64,000 nt of DNA from an uncultured Verrucomicrobiae bacterium (lineage in GTDB: Bacteria > Verrucomicrobiota > Verrucomicrobiia > Chthoniobacterales > UBA10450): NCBI GenBank assembly GCA_963815455.1, contig CAWFGO010000002.1, forward strand, positions 288,001 through 352,000, written 5' to 3'. Numbering within the stretch: the first letter of the stretch is position 1; each line of letters opens with the position of its first letter. Both the position numbers and the translations under genes were made by a program. Positions 27,620-38,771 of the stretch are shown here, in pieces. A model generated the notes under the pieces. It did not search any database and was not told where the DNA came from. It saw nothing but the letters and a program-made list of their open reading frames with translations.

Positions 27620-29874
27620 TTACAACGCGAGCGTCTCCTGCCTTGCTGAATTGCTTTTCAAGTCCGCGAATTTTTTGGCCAGCTCATCGAGCTTGGCAAC
27701 ATAGTAGTCCACATTTTCATCTCGGTTCTTTGGGTCGAATTCGCAGACCAACTTTGCCGCTTCGTAAGCCGGAACCTTCTTCGGCGTGCTCTTAATATAA
27801 TAGCTGACCTGATCCCCGGGCTTATACGGGCGTCCGCTGGCCAGGGCGAGTTCGTAGGCGGCGGCTCGATTCCGGGCAGAGCCGGCGATCTTGGCCCGAT
27901 ATTTGTCGAGCGAATCCTGGAGCGTGTCGGTCTTCATCAACATGTCGATGTTCCATTCCCGGTTCCGGATTTTTTTCTCAAACTTCTCCCGAAGATCGAC
28001 AATCGCTTCTCGATTTTCCTTCCATGATGAGCCTAATCATCTCCTCCAGGAAAACGCGCTGAAATTTTTCGAGCCCGCGCGACTTGAGCGCGCCACCTTT
28101 GATGATCACGTCGCCCTCTTTCGTGAGCAGGGCGTAGTTCTTCGCTTTATAACTGAACATCGCGTCGAATTGCTCGTCGATTTCGACTTCGATTCCGGGC
28201 GGCAGTTCCTTGGCCAGACCTTCGCGCACCTTTTCAATCGCCTCTGGTGTAGCGGCGGCCGTGCCGGCCGCATCCTCCTTTTTTGCGCTCGACACGGGCG
28301 CCTCTACACTGGGCGGCACGAAATAAATTCCGTCGGTGTCGACTTCAATGACCTTTGCGCCCTGGACATTGAGCCAATCGATCATCTTCTTCAGCAAATC
28401 GCGCCCGATCTGGGTGACTCGCGCGGCAGCATCGAAATCGGCAAAATGGCCCTGGGCGAACCCGAGATAGCCGTAGAAACTGTTGATCAGAATCTTGAAC
28501 GTATTTTGCAGCGCGTGGAGATGACGCTGCTCTTTCGCATCCTTCGCTTCTCGCATCCGCGTCTTCGTTTCCAGCCGGAATGTCCGAAGATCGGTCAACA
28601 AATGCCGGAAGATCTGCAGTTGATCGCTCACCGGAAAACAATCGAACTGCAACATGATCGAGGGATAAAGCGATGCGACGTCGCAATGCCAGACGTTGTG
28701 CGCGACGCCGGTGAAAAAAATATCGGTGTAGCCGCCTTCAAACCCGCGCGCCATTGGCATTTCGGGAATGGAGTGACGCTGCCGGAAATATTCGCGGAGG
28801 AATAACGCGTTGATCCGGGTGGCGTTGCCGCGAACAATTACGTCCTGGTAGTTGTAGGGAAAAATTTGAGCCTGAATGAAGTAGCTCGGGCTAAGAAGCT
28901 CCGCCACGGCCCGCGTTTCGTTCACACCGCAGAGCGCGCGCTTGCGAAATCTTCCGTCGTTGTCCAGATAAGCGCGCTGCAATTCCTTACCCGACAGCGA
29001 GGAAATTTCTTCGCTGTCGCAGAGGCCAAAGTGCCGCGCCACATCGGCTCTCTCGAAACCGGCGAGCGTGCGCATACCGACATCGAAGAATTGGGCCAGC
29101 AAAAACGTGTCGACGAAATGGCGGCCATCGATGGCGAACTTCGGATAATCGATTGTTTTCTCGGCGATCTGGAGCCGGGACGGCCGCGAGCGCAAGAAAC
29201 CGCCGCTGCGTCCCCAGTCGAGTTTCGTCTTCAACTTCTTCGCCCGCGCGACGAGATAGGGAAGATGAACACGGAAAAGATCGTGCCCTTCGATCACATC
29301 CGGATCGCGCTCCTTAATCAGCGCGGTGAGTTTCTTGATGCGCGGCATGCTCCGATTCGGCGACGCTTTTAGGATCGACAACGATCAGCTCTTCCCAGCC
29401 GCTGTTGTCGGAAACCGCGATGCTCATGATATGATCATCGCTGCCGGGGTCGCCGCCCTCGGCTACAGTGGAGAGCACTTCGATCTGCATCCGTTTTAGT
29501 TCTTCGAACGGCAAATCTTTGAACAACGTGCGCCCGGTCGCGGTAAGGTAATGCTGCACCGGATCGGTAAAAGCGAAGAAATCGCGGCCGGCGTTTTTGA
29601 GCCCATTGCGCAGCGCGATCAGCTCCTTCCAGCTATCGACCGTAATGCCCCAACCGTATTTTAGATCGCCTTTGAGCTTTTCCGCCTCGATCCCAAGATC
29701 GACAACGTCGCTATCGGCCCAGACGAAAGGACGGAACGGCTCAACGTCGGCGACTGTCGATCCATCCTTTTCCCGGCGGTACACTTTGACCGTCCCGGTC
29801 TCGCCGAGCTCGATGGCAACGATCCGCGGTGTAGGATCAATGCCGAAAAGGAGCGTGTTCTTCTCGAATTCCAT
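27620..29874 (-). CDS. Family-B DNA polymerase (Pol II-like), frameshifted near 29350 and 27980
   Basis: DVASLYPS, KILINSFYGY, EVDTDG and KNYA motifs. Joins ORFs 29314..29874, 27978..29381 and 27620..27943. Confidence 0.92.
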
Positions 29875-29931
29875 AAGTTCAACCGCAGATTACGCGGATT
29901 TCGCGGATTCAAAAGGCACGCTCTGACATCC

Positions 29932-30079
29932 TGTCATCCCGAGCGGAAGCGAGGGACCCCGCGAGATTAGCAAAGTCATGAAGTTCGCCAGTCCCGACCG
30001 TCGGAAGATGCGTCGTGAACGCTTGCGCATCCGCTACCTACTGCGAGGTCCTTCGCCGTCTTCGCGACTCGGGATGACA
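29932..30079. repeat. GTCATCC...GGATGAC element (long form, copy B)
   Basis: TGTCATCCCGAG...CTCGGGATGACA with internal GTGAACGCTTGCG...ACCTACTGCG. Confidence 0.88.
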
Positions 30080-30130
30080 AGCAACGTGACCGCATTGTCG
30101 TAGGTGCCGGTCTTCTGCTATAGATGCGAC

Positions 30131-31477
30131 ATGAAAACCCCGTTTGTGCTAACTCTCCTCCTGGCCAGCTCATGGTCGATTATCGCGTTTGCCCAGCAAA
30201 CGCCACAATCGCTGGCTGACTCCGAACTGCCGTCGTTGCTCACGATTTACAAGGACGTTCACAGCCATCCCGAATTATCAACCCAAGAGGAACGCACATC
30301 AGCAATGGTGGCGAAGGAATTGAAAGCCGCCGGCTGCCAAGTGACCGACCACATCGGCAAATACGAAAATCCCCAGCAGAAAGGATACGGTGTGGTCGGC
30401 GTGATGAAGAATGGCGACGGGCCGGTCGTGCTCGTCCGCACAGACATGGATGCGTTGCCCGTCCTGGAAGAAACCGGCTTGCCTTACGCCAGCACGGTGA
30501 CGACAAAAAACGAACAAGGGCGAAGAAGTGCACGTGATGCACGCCTGCGGTCACGACGTTCACATCGCGACGTTTATCGGCGTGGCCCGCGCGATGTCGA
30601 AAGCTGAAAGACAAATGGCACGGCACAATCGTGTTCGTTGCGCAGCCGGCTGAAGAACTCGGCGACCGGCGCTCGAGCAATGTTGAAGGCCGGGCTTTAC
30701 ACACGTTTTCCAAAACCGAATTATGCCCTCGGTTTTCACGACAACGCGCAAATGGAAACGAACCATATCGGTGTTACCCCGGCTACACTTACGCCAATGT
30801 CGATTCTGTCGATGTCACTGTGCACGGCTCGGCGGTCACGGCGCATATCCTCACCAGACAAAAGATCCAATCGTCCTCTCGGCAGAAATCATCAACGCCT
30901 GGCAAACGATCGCTTCACGCGAAATCAATCCGGTCGATCCGGTCGTAGTCACGGTCGGCTCGATTCACGGCGGGACGAAACACAACATCATTCCTAACGA
31001 AGTCAAAATGCAGCTCACGGTGCGCACTTATAAAGCCGATGTCCGCGAAAGAGTTCTGGATGCGATCGATCACATCGCCAAGAATTGTGCCAAGGCCGGC
31101 GGCTGGCCCAGGATAAATTGCCGGATGTTCACGTTCGCAAAGATGAGTTCACGCCATCGACTTACAACAATCCTGAGCTGACCCAGCGTCTCGTCGGCGT
31201 TTGGAAAAAAGCGTTAGGCGATCAGAATGTGGAGATTGTCGATCCAACAATGGGCGGCGAAGATTTCTCCGAATTTAGCCTGCCCGATCATTCGATTCCC
31301 GCGGTTGATTTTCATGTCGGCGCGGTCGCTCCCGAAAAGATCGCCGCCTCGAAGAAGCCAGGCGCCGAGCCGCTCCCGAGCTTGCACTCAAGCAAGTTCG
31401 CGCCAGTCCCCGAACCGACGATCCGAACCGGCATCATCGGAATGACCAGCGCGGTGCTGGAGTTGATGAAGAAATAG
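30131..31477 (+). CDS. Secreted M20-family amidohydrolase (several frameshifts)
   Basis: HSHPELS, RTDMDALP, MHACGHD (shifted frame), QPAEE, GGHGAYPH and MGGEDF. Confidence 0.9.
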
Positions 31478-31490
31478 CGATTAGAAGATC

Positions 31491-31573
31491 GTCATCCCGA
31501 GGGTAGTCGATGGATCGCGCGGCATTACCTCAAAACTTTGCAACGCGGATCCCTCGACTTCGCTCGGGATGAC
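31491..31573. repeat. GTCATCC...GGATGAC element (short form) between convergent genes
   Basis: GTCATCCCGAG...GGATCCCTCGACTTCGCTCGGGATGAC. Confidence 0.85.
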
Positions 31574-31589
31574 CGCGGGGAGGTGCTTA

Positions 31590-33027
31590 TTACTTCACCC
31601 GGATGTTCTTCCGCAGAAACGTCGGCACATCGAGGTCCTGGCCTTCCACAATCGTCGGCTCGCTTTTTTCGAAGCGCCCGCGCGTGACCGGCTCGAATTG
31701 CAAAACTTCCTGTTTCGCCTGGACAAATTTCTTCTTCACCGGTTTCGCCTCAGGTTCTGGAACCGGTTTGTTCTTCGGCAGATCAGGCGCGGCTCAGGCG
31801 TTCTTAATGACCGCTGGTGGCGGCGCGACTTCTTCAATCGGCGCCGGTTGTTCAAATGGAATGAGATCGACGGGCGGCGAGGTTTCAGTCACGACCGGCT
31901 CGGGCAAGAATCTCGATCGTGGCATCGGCATCTTGCCGATGGTCTTGGGCACATCGGCTGGAAGCCGATGCCACTTCTTCTGGTGCCGGCGGCGGCGGAG
32001 CGAGAATTGGCGTCGGAGCGATGGCGCGCTATGCGTCGCAACATCGACATCGGCCGCAAGAGAACTGATGATCGTAACGCTGAGCCGGTTTCCCATTCGT
32101 CCGTCAACCGCGGTTCCGAAAAGGATTTGCGTCCGGTCGTTCACGTGACGCCCGAGTTCTTTCATCAGGATTTCCACTTCCGACAACGTCATCGCCGGTC
32201 CGCCCGCGACTTGAACCAAAACGTGAGCCGCATCGGAAAGCATTCGGCCTTTATCCATCAACGGATTTTTCAATGCCTGCGTAAGCGCATCATGCGCGCG
32301 ATTGTCGGATATCGGCCTCGCCGAATCCGAACAAGCAGCGCCCGTTTTGACTGCGCAAGGCGGCCAGAAGATCGTCGAACCCGATGCGAATAAGGCCGGG
32401 GCGTTGAATCAAATTCACAATCGCCCGCACACTTTGGCTGATGGTGATGTCGGCCCCCGCAAAGGCCTGATGAATCCCCGCTTTCGGCGCGACCATGTCA
32501 CCCATTCGATCGTTCTCGAAACAGATGACCGCGTTCGCAATTTCGTTCAGGCGGGCCAGAGCATCGTTTGCCTGGGCCGCGCGCCGTTTGCCCTCGAAAG
32601 AAAACGGCAGCGTGGCGAACGCGATCACCAACGAACCCGCTTCGCGGGCGAGTTGCGCCACCACTGGCGCCGCGCCTGAGCCGGTGCCGCCACCCAGCCC
32701 GGCGCAAATGAAAATCATGCGTCCGCCGGCAAGCGCCTGCCGAATTTCGTCTGCCGATTCCAGCGCGGCCTGGTAACCAAGCTCGGGATCGCCACCGGCG
32801 CCAAGGCCGCGAGTCACGCTTCGCCCGAGTTGCACTTTCACGGCCGCAACCGAGCTGGCCAGCGATTGCACATCGGTATTGACCGCCACCAGATCGGCGC
32901 GCTCCAGACCATCGAGCACGACGCGATCGAGCGCGTTCGAGCCCGCGCCGCCCACGCCGACAACTTTGATCGGAATAATTTCATCCTGGCGTTCGGGCAG
33001 ACTGTAATTCTTGCTCAGTTGAATCAT
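31590..33027 (-). CDS. ftsZ: Cell division protein FtsZ (frameshifted)
   Basis: VGVGGAG, NTD, GLGAGGDP and GLGGGTGSG motifs, plus the C-terminal core peptide EGQDLDVPTFLRK. Confidence 0.95.
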
Positions 33028-33070
33028 GTCGTTCTTTCCGTTGTTAGTGTGGCACCGCGCAAAACAGCTC

Positions 33071-33213
33071 TGTCATCCTGAGCGAAGCGAAGGATCTCGC
33101 GAATTCGGCCGTTTATTACGAACTTCGACGAATGTTGCTGCCCCGACGACGTGTTGAACGCTTGCGTGATTGATCGGCCCATCGCGAGATCCCTCGCTTC
33201 GCTCGGGATGACA
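33071..33213. repeat. GTCATCC...GGATGAC element (long form, copy C) between ftsA and ftsZ
   Basis: TGTCATCCTGAGCGAAGCGAAGGATCTCGCGA...TCGCGAGATCCCTCGCTTCGCTCGGGATGACA. Confidence 0.9.
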
Positions 33214-33238
33214 AGGTTGGAGTGCGTGTCGTGATACA

Positions 33239-34447
33239 TCATCGCATTCCGCTGAAGAGCTTATTGATAATCCCTCGAATTCCCCGCCGCGGCCGATCGG
33301 CTTGAACGGCCTGGGCGTACTTTAGAAGGCCGATCGCCGTCGAGAATTGCGGGTTCTCGAATGCCGACGTGAGACCCGACATCGTTTGCGCATGGGCCAC
33401 ATGCGCCGGCATTTCGAAAATCTCCTCGGCCAAATGTTCGATGCCGTTTAGCAGACTGCACCCGCCTGTCACGAACACGCCCGCGCCGGTGTAATTGATG
33501 AACGGCTGCTCCTCCAGTGTCCGTTTCAGCAGCTCGAGAATTTCCCGAACGCGCAAATTGACGATCGTGTTGAGCGTCTCGCGTTCAACTTCTTTGCCGG
33601 CAAATCCGGAATCGTCTTTCAGCAGGATCGTTTCGCCAGGAAGACAATTGCCCAGAATCACGCTTCCCTCCTCGATCTTCAGCTTCTCAGCTCGCGCCAT
33701 CGGAATGCGCAGGCCCATCGAAATGTCGTTGGTAATGTGGTCGCCGCCCACGGCCAGAGCGCCGCTTTGTTTACCGCGCCATCAGCATATAAAATGTAAT
33801 CGGTTGTCCCGCCGCCCATGTCGATGACCAAGCGCGCCGAGATCTTTTTGGTGTTGAGTGAGCACAACCTGCGCGGAAGCGAGCGCGCCGAACACCACGT
33901 CCTCGACTTCGAGCGGCAGCTCTTTCACGCATCGGATGGTGTTTTGAATCCGGGTCCTTACGCCGTGGATGATGTGAAAATCAGCCTCTAATTTTTGCCC
34001 GAGCATCCCAATCGGATTGAGCACGCCATCCTGACCATCGACATGGTAATGCTGAATGATCGAGTGCAGGAACGCGTTCTGCGCGGGAATGCTTACTTCA
34101 CGCGCGCTGATCTTCACATCTTCGATGTCCTGTTCGTCGATCTCGTCGCGATCTTCCGGCAACGTAACGGAGCCTCGATTGTTGAAGCTTTGAATGTGCG
34201 ACCCGGCCACGCTCACGAACACGCTGCGAATCATCACGTCGCTTTTTTGTTCGGCATCCACCACGGCCTCATGCACGCATTTCATCGCCGTCTCGAAATC
34301 GACGATCTCGCCTTTGCGCACACCGCGCGAAGGCGACTGGCCGACGCCGAGGATTTTGACCGTGCCATCGGTGCGGCTTTCGCCTACCACCACGCAAATT
34401 TTCGACGTGCCAATTTCCAGACCGACCATCAAATCGCCACTTGCCAT
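33239..34447 (-). CDS. ftsA: Cell division protein FtsA (frameshifted)
   Basis: GLEIGTSKI, SRGVRKGEIVD, IDMGGGTTD, GGDHITNDI and VTGGCS. Confidence 0.95.
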
Positions 34448-35534
34448 TGCGTTAGTCTCCTTCCCGTGATCGACTGGAATCGCGCTTGCCGTATCGAGGT
34501 GCGATGACGCTGTCGGGCGCGTTTGATGTCGTTTCGCTTTCGACGGGTCGGTTGGCCGGCGAAGGCAGGTATGGCCTTCAGGATTTGCGGGGCGTGGCCG
34601 CGGGATCAATCGTATCGTTAATCACTGCGGCGGCAGATTTCGTGAAAGTGACTGGAATGTTGCGTTGCACCAGCAGATTCGCAGTGGCGAGTTCTTGTTT
34701 CGTGTCGTCCGAATAAACAAGAAATTGTTCGAGCCGATTCAATTGCATATCGAGATTATCGAATCCGAACGTGACCCGCGTATGATTCTTGTCCGTCACG
34801 ACAAGACTATAACCCCTCGACACATCGATCTCGCGAATTTGAAAGCGCGTCTGCATAAAGCTGCCGGTGCTTAAGCCGCAACAATTCCAGCGCCGCTTTG
34901 GCTTCGAACGACTCGACGATTTTCCCCGCCTCGAGCGATTCGCTCGAGCACCCCAAAATAAGTGGAAGTCCCAGATATTCGGGCAACAATTTCTTTTCTT
35001 TCATCAAAACTCCGCGCCCGTCCACTAGAAAAGCGCCATCAGTCGAAAACGGATCGACGATCTGTTTTTCGCCGGTGATCCACGCGATCGGTTTGCGTTC
35101 GGTAACTTGAATGTCGATCTCGCCAGGCAACTTGCGCACCACTTGCACCTCATCCACTTGCGGAAGCTCCTGCAAACGATCGTGAACACCTCCCGAGATT
35201 CACCGCGAAAATATTTTCTCCCTCGCGCAGATCGGCCGTTTTCAAAATCTGGTCCCGTTGCAACGTGCCGTCGGTCTGCACTTCGATTGCACGCAGCTGG
35301 TAATCAGGATTTTGAAAGAAGAAACGGTCCGCGCCGCGCTTGATTCCGATGATAAGCCCCGAAGGCACAAATTCCGCAGACCAGCGCAAGTTTCGAAACG
35401 AACACCAGAACGCGGCGATTTCGTTGCTGGGTCGCGCTGCGCGAGCGCACTTTCACGTCGAGCAAATGTTGCCCGCGCCGCTGACGCCAACTCGAGACCC
35501 GTTGATTGCGCGCGCGCTTCTGCACGCGTCTCAT
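34445..35534 (-). CDS. ftsQ: Cell division protein FtsQ/DivIB (frameshifted; 3' end approximate)
   Basis: Basic N-terminus, TM and POTRA segment (ENIFAVNL...LPQVDEVQVVRKLPGEIDIQVTERKPIAW). Lies between ddl and ftsA. Confidence 0.85.
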
Positions 35535-36468
35535 TTCGCGGCTCCTTTCATCCGCTCACGCGAGAGCTCGATAATGCGCAGAACAAAGATCGACATAACT
35601 GATTCCGGCGGCCGCGGCGGCTTCGGGCAGCAGACTCGCTTCGGTCATCCCGGGAATCGTGTTGATTTCCAGCACGAACGGTTCGCCGCTTTCGGGCAGG
35701 ATGACATCGACGCGCCCATACACTTGCAAGTCCAGCGCCCGAAATGCGCGCAACGCCAGCTCCTGGATCTCATGCGTTTTTTCCTTGTCGATCTTGGCCG
35801 GGCAAACGTGCGTCGCGCCGCCTCCCGCCTGCGGATTCAGAAACGGATACTTATTGTTGAAATCGTAAAAACCGCCCTTCGGAATTATCTCGATGATTGG
35901 CAAGGCTTGATCACCGAGGATACCAATCGTCAATTCTCGCCCCAGACACGAATTTTTCGATCAACAATTCGCTTGATCGAATTTCGCAGCCTCGGCAATG
36001 GCGAAATCCAGATGTTCTGCGTTTTTAACAATGACCACGCCGACGGTGGACCCTTCGCGCGGCGTCTTGACCACGAGTGGAAGTGCAATAGTGGGGCGTT
36101 GGCCCGGATGAACGACCTCCCATTCCGGCGTCGTTACACCGTGATCCCGAAATTTTTCCTTCGACCGAATCTTGTCGAAGGCAGTTTCGCTTCCGTCACA
36201 TCTTCGCCCGTATAAGCGAACACCGCGCTTTTCCAGGATTCTTTGGACTTGTCCATCTTCGCCGAAAGTTCCGTGCGAAGGTGATAAAGCCAAGATCGAC
36301 ATCGTTCGGCAGCTGAAAATTTTCGTCCCGAACATCGACATCGACAACTTCCGCGCCTAACGAGCGAAGCGCTTTCGAAACGCCAGCCGCGGTCGCGAGC
36401 GAAACTTTTCTTTCCGATCCCGGGCCGCCCATCAAGACTGCGATTTTTTTTGGTAACTCTCGGTCCAT
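35531..36468 (-). CDS. ddl: D-alanine--D-alanine ligase (frameshifted)
   Basis: VLMGGPGSERKVS, HGTFGEDG, GSTVGV, GRVD and LEINTIPGMT. Confidence 0.95.
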
Positions 36469-38771
36469 CACCCTGGTTCCCCCACAATTTGCACTTCTGT
36501 CTTCAACTCAATACCCCGCTTTGCTCGCGCCGTCGCTTTGATCTTGTCGATCAACTCAATCACCTCGGCACGCCGACGCGCCGCCGTCATTCACGATGAA
36601 ATTGCCATGCACCTCCGACACCCGCGCATTGCCAACGCGCGAATTTTTCAATCCGAGCTCATCCACCAGTTTTCCCGCCGGGCACGAATCGGGGTTCTTG
36701 AAAATGCAGCCTGCGCTCCTGGCCGCTGGTTGAGACGTGCGCCGTTTTTCCTGGGACGCCTCCAGCTGCTCGTCGATCTCCTCGGCCGCGCGCCGAGTGC
36801 CCGCGAAAAACAGCCGAGACGGCAAAATTATTCTCGAGCAATGGGAAATGCCGGTAATGCACTTCCAGTTCGTCTCTCGTTTTTTCGTGAGCATTGCCCT
36901 CGGAGTCGAGATACCGAATCCGCACCAGATTTTCAAAAAGCTGCGCGCCCATGGCGCCGGCATTCATCCGCAGCCCGCCGCCAACCGCGCCTGGAATTCC
37001 CTCCATCCATTCCAGTCCGCCCAGACCGGCGCTCTTCCCCGCGTATGCGATCTCCTTCAATTTGGCGCCGACTCCAGCTGTGATCTCGTTCGCCGTCAAT
37101 GTCGATCTTATCGAAATCGCCGCCGCTTGGATGAACCACCACGCCTCGAATCCCGCCATCGCGAACGAGCAGGTTCGATCCGCGGCCAATGACGAAAAGC
37201 GGAAGATTTTCGCGCCGGCAGAAGCGAATCAATTCCGCCAGCGCATTCTCGTTGCGCGGCTCAACCCAAAATTCCGCCGGGCCACCGACGCGCAAGTGTG
37301 GTGTGTTTCGAAAGCGGTTCGTAAAGGCGAACGTCGCCCTCTTCGCCTACGATCGACTTCAATTTTTCCGCGATCACGAGATCTGCCGCGAGGATCGACA
37401 ATTGCTCGTGAATATTTCCCGCGCCCAGACTCAGAACGAGATCGCCGCGTCCAACATGCTGCCTACATCGCGATGCACCCAATCCAAACGCGGCTGATAA
37501 CTGACCCCGCGATGACCGTGCGCCGCGATTTCATCGGCGATCGTTTGGCCGCTAATTCCGGGAATCGGCGGTTCGCTGGCGGGATAAACATCGGTCACCA
37601 CCACGCGGTCGGCGTCGTCGAAAGCCTTGCCAAATTCCTTGCGCCAGCGCTTTGGTGCGCGAATATCGATGCGGTTGAAACATCGTCAGCACGCGCTTGC
37701 GTTTGCGGCCCGGGCCGTCTTCAACGTGGCGCGGATCTCGGTGGGATGATGCGCGTAGTCGTCCACCAGCAAGAAACGATCGCTCTCATATTTGATTTCG
37801 AACCGGCGGCGCGCGTGCTCGAACTTGCGAAGTGAAGCGGCAATTTTTTCGAATGGAATTCCCAGCTCGGTCGCCAGCGCAATCACGCCTACCGCATTGT
37901 GGACGTTATGCCGTCCCGGAACGTTTAGAACCGCCTCGCCCAACTCGCTCGCCGCGCCGGTGAACACAAAAAACAGATGTGAAATCGCGAAGATCGACAT
38001 CGGTGGCGCGATAATCGGCCTGCTCGGAAAATCCATAGGAGATCGAGCCCTGTCGCTGCCGCGCACAGTCGAGCGCAATTTGCGTCATCGGCATTATAAA
38101 AAACTGTGCCGCTCGTTTGCTCGATCAGCTGGACGAAGACTTCTTCGATCGCGGCCAGATCCTCGTAAAAATCGAGATGTTCTTCTTCTATATTTAGAAT
38201 GAGCGCATGCTTCGGGATGGAAATATCGAATCGTTCCGTCGCTCTCGTCGCCTTCGGCCACGAAATATTCGCCGCGCGGGTCCCAGTGCGCATTTGCGCC
38301 AAGAATCGGAATTTCCGCGCCGACGTAATGCGACGGATGCAGTCCGCCTTCACGCAACCCGTGCGCAGCCATGGCCGAGGTGGTGGTTTTGCCGTGCATT
38401 CCCGCGATGACAATGCCGCGCTTGCCGCGCATGATCGCGGCCAGGGCTTCGGCCCGTCGCACGATCCGCTTTCCGGAATCGCGAGCGTCTAAAAGGATCG
38501 GATTGTCGCTCTTGATCGCAGATGAAAAAATCACAAGCTCGGCGTCTTTGGCGTCGTCCGCTCGATGTTCCTGAAAAAAACGCAGGCCAAGTCGCTGCAA
38601 ACGGTCCGTCTCGAGCGAGCTCACTTTGTCCGAGCCTCTCACTTCGTGTCCGAGATCGATCAGAAGCGCAGCGATCCCGCTCATCCCGCTTCCGGCCACG
38701 CCGATGAGATGAATTCTGTGCCGCTCGCGCGTCAGCAACTTGGTCAGTTCCAAATCAGAGTCGCGTTTCAT
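36468..38771 (-). CDS. murC: MurC-MurB fusion (UDP-MurNAc-L-Ala ligase + UDP-GlcNAc-enolpyruvate reductase), frameshifted
   Basis: GVAGSGMSG, GMHGKTTTS, EGDESDG and DDYAHHPTE. The MurC end LSLGAGNI reads in frame into YEPLSKHTTL, then VGGPA, IGRGSNLL, GIPGAVGG, SAGCIFKNP and HGNFIVN. Confidence 0.9.

Noticed and set aside
27620..29874. PolB as the marker of a prophage, casposon or pipolin
   Set aside because: There is no integrase, cas1, terminal repeat or phage gene nearby, and the flanking genes are ordinary chromosomal genes.
33782..34609. FtsQ tail read through into FtsA
   Set aside because: The region is heavily frameshifted, and FtsA has a normal start at 34447 with an upstream GGAG.
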